Origin: Phoronis australis
Lineage: Eukaryota; Animalia; Phoronida
Reading direction: 5' to 3'
NCBI GenBank assembly: GCA_002633005.1
Contig: NMRA01000709.1
Location: 1-44,872 of the forward strand
Length of the DNA stretch: 44,872 bases
Positions 11,897-23,700 of this stretch are shown in pieces. Position 1 is the first letter of the stretch; every line of letters starts with the position of its first letter. The notes beneath the pieces were generated by a model. It was not told the DNA's origin. It saw only the letters and a list, made by a program, of their open reading frames with translations, and searched no databases. Both the position numbers and the translations under genes were made by a program.

Positions 11897-14800
11897 ATGG
11901 CGAACCATGGAAAAAAGAAAATTTGGGTACTTGTAAAACGTTTGGATTTGGGTGGTAAGTTTTGTATATTGACGCATATTTTTGAAGCGAATACAATGTT
12001 TGCTTATATCATTGTTACATTCGAGTATTCAGGTGTACACAAAAGGCACACTTACAAATTGTTTGCATACTGGGTTTGACTAATGTCTCACTGTATGAAA
12101 ACCTGTCAGTGTCACTGTTATGGCTGTCAAGCTACCAGTCTTTTGCCTTAGTTGGTCATCTACGAAGCGCCTAAAGGTTCTTAAACGAGGACCTTTCTCA
12201 AGGTACCTAAACTACACGGTTAACAGACTCATAAACACGGCCCACGGATGCATGAACACGACTCAAGGATCTGCAAACACCGTCCACTGACTCACAAACA
12301 CGGGAACGGACTCACAAAACACGATCCATTCACCCAAATACACGAGACACGGACTCATATTCAAGAGGAAACAGGGTTAATGCACCGCCAAACACGGGTC
12401 ACGGACTCATCGACTTCCTGGGTCAGCTGACATCTACACTTTGTCGGTAAACTGTGTTTGGCGGTCCGTTAACCGTGTTTCTTCGTGAATGTGAGTCCGT
12501 GTCCCGTGTATTTGGGTGAATGGATCATGTTTTGTGAGTCCGTTCCTGTGCTTTTGAGTCCGTGGACGGTGTTTGCAGGTCTGTGAGCCGTGTTCATGCG
12601 TCCGTGGGCCGTGTTTATGAGTCCGTTAACCGTGTAGTTTAGGTACCTTGATTCTGTGCGTTGAAATATGCTTATTCCATGCGCAATTTTGCTTAATCAA
12701 CACATAGTATTGCTAAATCATCGTGCTAAATTAGTTCTTAAGGGATTTTCATCCTGCTCTTATTCAAAGGGCACTAGTATATTGGCTACTTGTTCAACGC
12801 GCACTTTAAATGAGTTCATATGGTCCAATCATGTCTGTGCTCTTCAATTCCTTGTGGCAAAAGAATTCACATGTGTGCACGGCCAGTTTTGAAGATTACT
12901 CAAGTGAGCATGTAAATTATGGCACCCGGTAACTTTGTATTGTCTTTGATTGCCAGTGGACACAACAAATAATTAATTCAGCACATTGATTAAGCTGCTA
13001 GCGCTAATCTGTGAGGTGACCAGTTGAAATTGTGCAATTAGGAAGCAAGGTGACGTAAAGAACAAACATTGCGCGCCCCCCGCCAGTCAACGTCTTCTCG
13101 GCGCCCCGCTCAGTCAACAAAGAATCGTTGGTGCATCCCTGGTCGGTAGCTGTGTGACCCCCCCCCTCCCCTGGGCTAATTCTCTTCAAATCTTTCATGA
13201 AAAAATAAAGAACTAAAATTTCACTTGTGTCTCAAATTAATGAGATTTTACCGTAAGTATATGGAGACCAAGTCGCACTGAAAATTCATGCACAAGAACT
13301 TCTGCTGGTTCGCTACAAAAAGTTGGCAAAGTTACCCCCACTGGGACAATGTAACCAAGCCAATGCTCTATCCATCTTCATGGAAAAAGAATAATGTGGA
13401 AATAGTGTTGTGCATTAGAAAAACATGGGACTTGTGAAATAGATGGCTGTTTTCCATAGAACAGCATAAACCAGTTTAGTTATAACGTGAATCAACTCTA
13501 CCTTGATCTTATTTGTTGCCCTTACTTTAGTTTGTACCTTTCAGTTTTGTGCTGTGTTGTAATATATTGTTGCATTTTATTATATTGTATTATGTTTTAC
13601 GATAAATCATTACTAAAAAAATCAATTGATCAATTATGTCTTTCACTGATTCTTGAAAGGTTTCAATTAAGTCCTGTATGACTTTGGTTTGGTTTTGCAA
13701 AAATCACAAACTCAAGTGAAGCAGACTATGAAATCTGTTCAGTCCCTCATGTTGTCATACATATAATTAGGAAAGCTAACTTGCAATAACCAGGACAATT
13801 ACTGTTCACTTTTTGTTTTATTTCAGAAGACAAAGAAGCCTTGAAAGAAGTCCAGTTCCAGACAGCCCTTTCATCTACTGATTTTAACAGCACCCTCAGA
13901 TCAGAATGTTCCATTCCAGAAAACGTGATCCTTAAGGTAGTACATGCTTGACTCTCGTTATCGTAGAAACACTAAGTTGGCGAGATGAGAATGAATTGTT
14001 CATTTTTTACTCACTAGACCAATTTTGTTTCCTTAGTCATTGCTCTGCATTGGAAGAACTGACACTGCTTGACTGCTGAATCAAGACGAATAGATGAGCA
14101 ACATGGAACTGGTTCCACTGGAATTTAAAAACTTTGAAACGTAAATAATTGGCATACACATTTTGGTACTGTGCAAAAACTAGATTGTCTTTTGAAAGAG
14201 CTCATTGTCTGCAATACGTGCCTTATAGGAGCTGTATTGTAGTTGTATTCTGATCATTTGTGTTTCTAGAGGCCTGGTATTTGTTACATTAGACAAATCT
14301 TAAGCTAACAGGATTTGCACACAAATGGACAATAATGCATGCACTGTTCACCCCAGAGTATCCAGGGAAGTCCTCGGCACATCAAAGACTTGATGACGCA
14401 GCCACGGATTGAAATGAGCTAGTCGCTATTCATGGGCTTGGCTAAATGTGCTGGATGATATGAATGCGGTCGTAAACCAACATCCCTGTTTAGCGTATGA
14501 GTTTCAATGACAAAAAAATTAAGCATTAATTAAGGCTAATGACCAACTTGTGTGTAAAATTGAAAAGTAAATAGTAGCAGTCGTTGAATTTTTAAAATTG
14601 ATGCATTATAAGAGAAGTTAGTGAAAAGGTTTTCTTCAGGATCCTTGCTAAGCCAAGAGCATTAATTTTTTAATGGATTAGGAGTGGTTGGTCACAGACT
14701 GGCTTGGGCTTGCTTAGACATTGGGGGTAATAAAACCCCAAATGTTAGCGTAGGAGTTGTGTCCTGTATGAAAAATGCATGTCAATAAGCTATCCCAATA

Positions 14801-16883
14801 ATTTGCAGTTAGAAGAAGGCTAATGAAATTACTCTTGTTTGTTTTAGCTCAGAAACCACCGTGGTTCTCTCATACCCATCACCTCTAACATTGCAACCAA
14901 TTCAAGGAACGTGCCATATCTGTTGGAAGTTGTTAATGTAGCGCAAAATAGTAAGTGTGTGTGCTGAGAGTCACGGCCAGTTATAGGATGTCAGGGGGGC
15001 CATTCATACTGTCTGAAGGATGAACGTTTGTGACAACCTTAAAAACAGTGGTATCACCATTTTCTTGTGCAAATTTGTGAAATCATCTCTGAAAATTTGA
15101 AGACACTTCCTTTTGTAAAGTTAGGTAGCTATTCGGTCAAAAACAAACTTAGTTATTGATTTAGACCACGTACTGTTTGTATATTAAATGGGTCTCATCT
15201 TGTTCCTTGCTCAGGAGGATTTTTGGGCATGGGCACAACTGATAGTCCATCACTGTTTTACAGCAAATTATTTTGCATTTGATGATTAAGTCTTCAATAT
15301 TACACAGTGGGGTACTTTTTAAAATAAATTGAAAAACTTGGTAATGAACGATGTGCTGTTTTTCTTGTCCTTTTCAACTCAGAAACATTTTTGTCTGACA
15401 TTTCGAAACTAGGGAGATCATGTTATGCATTTTCTACCTCCGCAATAGAGGATAGTTGAATTCGAAATTGTCCTATTGTCTAGTTGTTGATAATCTTCGT
15501 TGTGTCTTATTTTTCAGTTGAGCCCCAACGGAGAACTATCGAGTGGCCCTGTTACAATGAGACAATAGCTGCTAATTTACAGAACATTGTTAACAGGGTA
15601 AGTGGGATACTTTTGTTGTAATTTTGTAGTTTTCTACTTAAAATTGCAACGATTTACTTTCAAAAATGACAAAATCTCATCTTTTTGAAAATCCAGAAAA
15701 TGTATACATAAATCATTGTTGAAAACTGAAAATATTAATAAGTACTTGCTTATGGCAAAAGGAAAAATTTTAGGAAACACATGGAAAATTTAAATTTTGT
15801 TAAACATACTGTTTTAGTGGTATCTTTACTTAAACCTGCTTTTCTTGATTTAGACCATCTACCATGAAACTGGTCTCAAAATTATTCATTTAGTTAAATT
15901 GGCTTCAAAAGAGCTATTGCTTGAGACCAAGCTATAGTCATGTTGATTTGTTATGATGTGTCATTTAATGCACCAAGCATAGCATCTGATGGAATAAACA
16001 ATTGTCAGAAATCATTGCTAATCTGAGTCAGAACAACTTGAAACCCATTTTATAGTGGTAAGTGGTCTTGATAAAAATTTGCTTCTTGGATAGTACACTG
16101 TTAAGGGTTCACAATCGGACAAACCTCCATGCAACAGATATTCTTGTCCATGCGTTTGGACATTTAGATAAGTCAGATATCATCTTACTTTATTGAGTTA
16201 TGGTTCGATTAGATCCCACGGGTTGTTCTGTAGATTCTCATAATCTGCTCATTTTTTTTTTGAAACACATTGTGATTAACTAGTTATCCCAGGCTGTATT
16301 CGACAGTCCTGCCACCTGGTGTCAAACTGGAAAACGTTGGATAATCTGTGATGCAGAAAATGGTTCATCCTTTATTCCTTTGTATTGCAGGTTGAAAAGC
16401 TTGAACAGTCGATCCCTGACTTGGAAGACAAACGTTGTTCTAAAATTTCACTTGTAGGTTTCTTTGAATATTTTTATTATTGTTAGTACAGTATTTGGAA
16501 TTGATATTTCTGCACGATTGTATATTTTTTGTATACTATCATTTTCTATCGATATTCTTTATTATGGAGTGAACAAGGAGACATAATACTGTCCATAGCT
16601 TAGAAGTTGTTTGACTAAATATTCTTGTTGCATTGCACACTTGGTTTACTGTTCTCTGTACTTTTGAACTTCTGTTATAGTTATCAGCTAAATGTTGACC
16701 TCAGTGATGTGCAAAGCTCTCGAAACCTGTGTTTAGAAGGCATGTATTCTGAAACCAAATCTTTATTTGCTTCAATAGGAGGTCCAAGACATGGACAGAA
16801 AGATGGAATTTCTCAACAAACGCTTTGATGAGGCAGATAACACCTCTTGGAAGGGTATGTTCAAAAGACATCCCTTGTGGTGA
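11897..16883 (+). CDS. Uncharacterised 172-aa protein: small alpha/beta domain + coiled coil, resembling the PDE9 N-terminal region without a catalytic domain
   Basis: Exons 11897-11954, 13827-13936, 14848-14950, 15518-15597, 16391-16453 and 16779-16883 are all GT-AG with consistent phases; 519 nt. Translation: MANHGKKKIWVLVKRLDLGEDKEALKEVQFQTALSSTDFNSTLRSECSIPENVILKLRNHRGSLIPITSNIATNSRNVPYLLEVVNVAQNIEPQRRTIEWPCYNETIAANLQNIVNRVEKLEQSIPDLEDKRCSKISLEVQDMDRKMEFLNKRFDEADNTSWKGMFKRHPLW*. The ORF track catches only exon 1. The gene model is strong; the homology call is tentative. Confidence 0.85.
12198..12651. mobile_element. Foldback MITE, 454 bp, with ~200-bp inverted arms
   Basis: Begins TCAAGGTACCTAAACTACACGGTTAAC and ends GTTAACCGTGTAGTTTAGGTACCTTGA. 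Arms pair over about 12198-12395 and 12453-12651. Flanked by TTC on both sides (possible 3-bp TSD). Confidence 0.92.
14294..14764 (-). repeat. Old dispersed repeat, copy B
   Basis: The reverse complement aligns collinearly with 6596-7025, with many substitutions and indels. Confidence 0.85.
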
Positions 16884-17049
16884 TGCATGTGTCCTCTAGA
16901 CAAGATCTTGAGAGGAGACTGGCAATGTACGTGTACTCGGGACTGTGATATCATTGGGTGTTAGATGTAATCGTTTCCATGGCGCCATGTGCTTGAGATA
17001 AGGACTTGCCATGGATGTAAGCATTAATTTGTAGTCATAGTCAGAGTGC

Positions 17050-17068
17050 AGAGAGAGAGAGAGAGAGA
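17050..17068. repeat. (AG)n microsatellite
   Basis: AGAGAGAGAGAGAGAGAG run downstream of the stop codon at 16883. Confidence 0.9.
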
Positions 17069-18876
17069 TCTGAGAGGTGTAAATGTTATGTATCCAGGAA
17101 GCACCTTTTGTTGCCTTAAAATGTTGGCTACTTGTACTTAATGTCGTGAAAGTGCATGGTGTAAGCACCTTGAACTGTATTGTAGTGCAATCTCAAGATT
17201 GTGACCTTGTAATTCTGTTTGTTAAATGCGATATTACTAAATAGTAAATTTTTTATATTAAGAATGAAGAAATTATACAGATGACTAAGTAAGACCTGAT
17301 TTAATTAGTATCACTCTTCCAATATGGAGATGTGTTTATTTGATCGTTATTCATGAAAATGCATGCATGGCAGTTTTACAGACAGTTTTACATACTGTGA
17401 TTTTGTCTTGTAATCAGTAGTTTGTCATAGGGTGTTGTTAGTGTGAGGTGCATTATGCCTTGCTACTGGACACCATAGTCTAGCGCTTCCGATGAAACCA
17501 TCGGCACCTTTAGTCAGCCGATGGTCATGACACTAGTAGAACGTCAAGTAGCTGATGAGAGTGCCTTTGATGAAATTAGAGGGACGGGAATCTCTTGACC
17601 AACCCACCATGATTGAACCTACTGATTGACAACAATGTTACTTCCAGTGTGCACTTGGTAATAAGCCCGACTGCCAATTCCATCGTTCATTCACTTGCTA
17701 AGACTCATCGTTTGTTTTCTTGCAACATCAAAACCAGATTCAATTTCAGCAAGGTATAAATATTGAAACTTGCTGATGGCTGATTTGTTGCAGACGTTAG
17801 TCTTGAGGAGTCATAAAAGGAAAACATTTGGTGCGTGCGAGGGTGTAGGTGTGTATTTGGAAGAATAAGACCTGTGGAGATTTGATTTTGGACCTTGAAA
17901 AACTACAAACATTTGGACTGTGAAGAATCAAAAGTAGGCCAGCATAAGTCAAAACACTAGTACTCACATACTTTATTAGCAACTGAGCAATCATCAATCA
18001 ATGTTCATAATTTTCTACCCGTCTTGGTGATGAATTATATTTTAAGGTTATGTAGCACCTTTTTGACAAGACTGCGTACTTAAGCAAATGTCTACAAAAT
18101 TATAGATTTTAAATTGGTAGAAATATATTCTTCAAGCGGAACGCCAATAGAATCTGATTTTTGACTTTCAGCTGAATTTGGAATCTTTCTAAGGTCCTAA
18201 GTAACATTGAGGCGTTAAATCGAATTAAACATAGAAAAAATATACTACTGTGGTATTACCAGGTTAAACTGTATGTTGTAACAAATCACAGAAAGTTCAT
18301 AGCAAACCCAGTGTAATACATGGAGCTCAACTGTTATTCACGGCTAAAGGCCAAAATCGTGGAACAATGTTGGAATATTTCTATGGTGAACCACCGTCTT
18401 GCTCATTCTGTGCATCCACTACATGGCGTAGTCATCTGGACAAGTCCATATCTTTCCAGATTGGGTAGGTGTATATCCTAGGGAGTTGGAATTGTACACC
18501 ATCTCTATTTAGGTTATAGCCATGGAGAGCAATTTTGGACCCATTTCCAGTGAATGTGACACTACAGGGAAATTGGTACATCTGAATTGTCTGTGTTCTG
18601 CTAGATGAGTGCTGTGAAAATATTTCAATAGTATGTTAATTCCACTACTTTTAGCCGTGGTAACAGTTTAGCTCATTTTATTTTGTGTGAACCACGGCGG
18701 CTAATCCTTCGACAAAACCCAACAGAACTGAACATACAAAAATAGACATCTCTTCTACCAATGATACAAACATGTCAGCTTTGCAATAGAATTTTACACA
18801 GAAGTCCTGTTGGTATAACACTTGTGAATGGTTTGTATCGACTGCTATCAAAGCCATAATAAACCGATTTCTGATA

Positions 18877-19171
18877 CATAGGCGTATGAGGACGTGGCTG
18901 TTCATACAATGTAAATTGGCCTGAACATAGGCCTGGGAAGGTATTCCTATGCCCCCTGGTTGCCACCAATATCACTCTCCCCCCATTGCCACCAATCTTT
19001 CAGGGGTAAATAGTTTATGTTATGTGTATTTCCTATTTGATACAGTTTCCCTAATGTCTATTGTTTTTCTATTGGAAGCTGCACTCCTCATGAATTCGAT
19101 TTGTTCTGCTCAAAATTGTTTCATAAATTTTTGTCTGAAGGAGGGGGCAACCCCCGCCTAATACGCCTATG
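18877..19171. mobile_element. hAT-like MITE, 295 bp
   Basis: TIRs CATAGGCGTATGAGG / CCTAATACGCCTATG (14/15 match). The flanking 8-mers TTCTGATA and TTCTGGTG (6/8) fit a decayed 8-bp TSD. Confidence 0.8.
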
Positions 19172-20798
19172 TTCTGGTGTGAAAAACTCTTTACAGATGT
19201 ATGCTCTTGCATAGCCAACACCACCACCTTGTTCTATTGATAACATATCGGTACGCACACAGGCACCCCATTCTGGGCGTACAATATCATAAGGCAAACA
19301 GTAATGTTTTCCTGTTATTAACTTAAACGGCAGTTGTCCTTGGTCTCACATTGGAATAACAGTTAAACTATTGCAGTGCATAGAATCGTTAATCAAAATC
19401 TAATCAATTAGTACATGAACCCTCCTTCACATTATGCAAATTTTATCAAAATCAATTGGCAGTACTTTAAAGTTGTCCCACACACCACAAATCAAAACCA
19501 ACTCCTACATTGTAGTTTATAAAACACACAAAGACAAAACCATCCAAGTTTCACTTGGAGGAAGTAACATCTAGATGCCACTCATACACACGCCAGTTAA
19601 GACACACTTGTGTCATAAATACAAGGACAACGAAGAAATATAAACATCAGTCCATAACTTCAAGAATGAAGTTTAAATAATGAAACACTACAGACTGAGG
19701 TAATTAAAGTTCATGCATTCAAACTCTGAAAAACTGAATTTGTGATTGCATCACCTTTAGTATAATTATAAATCATTCTTGGATATGTTTAATATGCTGT
19801 TAATAATGTACTAAAAAGAAAAAAATCAAAATCCCATTGATTACAAAAATATACGTACCACTTAAGTACTAAGTAAAACACTTTTCTGATATGTTTGAAA
19901 TCTTTATGCTATAATTGCAAAATCTGAACTTAAAATAAATGTGTAATCTCCAGGAATACAAAAAAAATCTTTAACGCATCCGATTGTGAGCTCTTCTTGG
20001 ATATGCTTCGAGATACTTTGTGAAATTTGATATTTATTGCGGTTTATCTAGCAAATACCTGATCACACTAATCATGACAACGGGTGGAAAGTAAAATGTT
20101 CATTAGAATTAACTTAAATTCCAACCTGCAAGACTCACCCCATCCACGCAATACACATCACGCTTACATACTCAGGAGCTTTCAAAATAGGTAACATACG
20201 TCTACTCAAAAAGTGTTCATGCCATTTTTTGTTTAACAGAAAGCCAAGAGTAATTCTTACTACAATTGCAAGAAAAAACATGTCTGCCAGTTAACAATTA
20301 GGGTGTAAATTTCTGTAACGATAACACGACTCGCTATTTGTGTGTCTCATACCAGGCATTTCTCTCTATAAGTGACTCGTAGTTGACTGGCTTTACTTGA
20401 ACTGAGAGTGCCTCAGAAATTGCTCACATGATGTGGAAAATACTGAAACATTGAGCTTTTGGTGGTAACTGGTTGCTTAATAAATAATAAACTTTACCAA
20501 AAAAGACACTAAGTGTATCTACTGTAGAAATGGCCCAAACTCTCTTAACAAACAGGTGTACCCAAAATATTATTAAATAAACTCTGTTTCCCTGAAAACA
20601 CCATTGTTAGCTTAATGCTGTTTACCACGCGCACGAATAAAGATGACCTATATATAACTAATTTGGCAGAACATTAATTTGAGGTGTTATATGACATAAA
20701 TTTGTCATTAATAAATATTGACGATTATGATGACGGAAAGCCCGATAGCAAGAATAGCAGCAGTGACAGGGAGTTGCTTCAGATCTGTATAAGATGCT

Positions 20799-23700
20799 TT
20801 ATGTCCACAGTGAGGTGGGAACAAGCGCTTCCTTGGTGCCAGGGGCAGGCATCAGGTTCTCTTTACACAGGAAGTTGAGTGGAAAGTTCACCAAGTGACC
20901 TCTGACCTTTTTCAGCAGGATGAGAGCCTGTTTGACATCAGTCTGAGTGAGTGGGGGATGTTGTTGCCACACGCGAAGCTGCTCAAATGAGTGAACTGTG
21001 TCGCAGGGTATACAGTGAAACACCTATATGAAAATATACATTCATGAGGCACAAAGCCAACTTACATGAGCTGAGTCCCTTACAGACAAAAAGGAGAATC
21101 AACCTATTCAATAAATGTTGAGATATAAAAAAACAGACTCGAGAAATGTGTCATTAACAGGCAGTGGGAAGCAACCAAGTTACCTCCATTGGATAAGTTC
21201 CATGTCAAATATTAAATCATGGAAACAAAATAGGTAATCAAGACGAGCATGATATAAATCCACATACAGTGACAAATAAATACCTTTTTAGAGCTATTTA
21301 TTTTATATGGCACGTTTGCACTCACTTCCCACCTGTACACCAGAATATGGACCAATTGACACAACTTGAATTCTACTCCTCTCTTTTGTGGAGGTGGAGA
21401 ACAGAGTTGAACAATTGACCTAGTTTCCCAAAGGTTATGCCACATACTTCAGACCTCACCTAGACATTGATTAGCCAAGTAAAGAATGCGTTATCGAAGC
21501 CCACTTAACCAGCTTTTTAAGTCGGCATTGTAACCCACAATGCAAATTAAAGTAAAACATGTTGGAAATTAGCAGACATCAAATGATGAACTAAGTTGAT
21601 GGAAAATAGAGATAAGCAGAGTAACAATGGTACAAGTGCCAAGTGTGCATCACTGTGGGTAAACGGTGGAGAATCGTAGTAGTGTAGGAACATAAAAACA
21701 GCAATTTCTCCAAACAAAGATAACGTTTTGGATATTACTAAAACTTTTAATTGAACACCCAGTCACTCAGTAAAAGGGTGATTTTTGTCCAATAAAAAAG
21801 TTTGTTGAGAGAAAGTAAACATTCAGCATTGTTTCTACTGTACAACAATACTCTCCTCAAACGTCATGGATCTCAAATATTGGGTGTACTACAGAGATCC
21901 ATTGGAAAACAGAAAGAACAACTATTGCGGAGTAGTATTTAACAAAAATAGATTTTTTACCATTAGTAATAAGTGCAAATTGGTTGTGCATTACCTGTTT
22001 CAAGAATGTGTTTGGGACTCACCTTCTCTAGTGAACGAGTATTGTCTCCTGCTGTCTTTGCCCAGACAAACTTATAGAATGAATCACATACTGGATCATT
22101 TAGGTTCACACTGGTGTCTGTGTCAGCAATACCTAGGTGCTCCCTGATGAGAATAAATGAAATGATAAATAAACAACAGAATGAATGTTGGCAACAGCTT
22201 CAAAACTAACGTTTATTATTGTTTCTGTCCACCAACAGTTGGTCACTAGTTTCTAAATATTTGTTACTTCATAACTTCTAGTTATGGTCAAGAAGTTCAC
22301 ATAGGCATGTGCCTCAAAATAATCAAACATACAACATGTTACCGACACTAAATGATACGTTATCAAACATTTTTTTGATAAATTTGTTTAATCAGTTCTT
22401 TAGCTCAGCAGTTCTGAGATAAGCAACAAAAAATATTTCAACTGCAACCACAAAAAATATCTCTGATACTGTGATATTTTCAATTTACTTGATGTGCAGC
22501 TTATAACAAAACAGTTATATAATAATTAAAAATTCTTATAAGCATTTTGATGACAGACCTTTTGGATACTAAAAACTTTAGTTTATTGTCGCTCCTTAAC
22601 TCTAAACATTTTGCAGCAGTTCAGAAATCCATTCAAGCTTTGATAAGGGATAAGCTATCAGCTGATGGCTTTGACAAGGGACACTCAGTATAAATTGGGA
22701 CTTTGAGTGGAAAGGCAGCTCTTGTAAGAAGACACTTCCACTAATTTCAACCAAACCAATTAACTTGAGCTCGTTATTTAATTTCAAAATTTAATGTAAG
22801 TTGATGAGTTTCTAATTAACCCAGCAAGATTATTAATTTTTAATTAATTAACAAAAACTTTTAGTGTTCTAGAAATTTAGTTAGAACAGTGAAAATTGAT
22901 TATTTTTCAAGGAGGTTGGCTTAAATTTTAGAAACTAGCAAAGTAAGTTTTCAGAAATAAGGGATGGCAAAAAAATGGCAAATTTACTAATGTCTGAAAT
23001 TTTGGAGTGAGCATAGTATTACCAATTGTTTCTATTTCACAAAATAACATCAGAACGCCTGCACTTTTTTCTTTTTCTATTTCACATTATTTTTATATGT
23101 TCACAGTGCCCAGAACATAAGAAATCAAAAATTATCCAATGAAGATGTCTCATTTTTCAGAAGCAATCAATGGGAATTACCAAATTCAGATTTCTTATTA
23201 TAATTGAAAAGTCTTACAGTAACTATCCTTCATGCAAGTCTTACTTGAAAAGAGTTTTCCTCAAACTACTGGCGTACATTCCAGCTCGGTATGGCCTGCC
23301 ATTCATGACAGACTGGCGTGTTTCTATGTCTTTGACATACACAGCTATTTCACTATCTCTCTTGCCCAACATGCTGCGATCATTGATATTGGCTGAACCC
23401 ATTATGACCACGTTGTCATCCACAATCATGAGCTTACTATGCACATAAATTAACTCGGTGATCTAAAAAAAACAAAATTAAAAATGACTAAAGAAATGCA
23501 ATACACAATAATTTTAAGGGTCATTTCGTCACTGTTTAACTCATAATGCTGCCTTTTTAACCAAACCAATCCAAAGCTTAAAAATACCACATTTATCTAA
23601 TTCTGAATTGTTGCAAAACGAGACAGGAGCTCAGATTAAAGGCAAATGTGTATGTGACATTTTTATATTAATGCATATTTATTTTAGACTTGGACAAATG

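Noticed and set aside
17540-17580. CTGATGA...GAAA hammerhead-like string
   Set aside because: No stem II pairing between the motifs and no flanking stems.
21212-21290. Possible alternative last PLD exon (VFICHC.. versus VFHCIP..)
   Set aside because: Purine-rich acceptor context, similarity limited to a few residues, and no conserved C-terminal WT motif.
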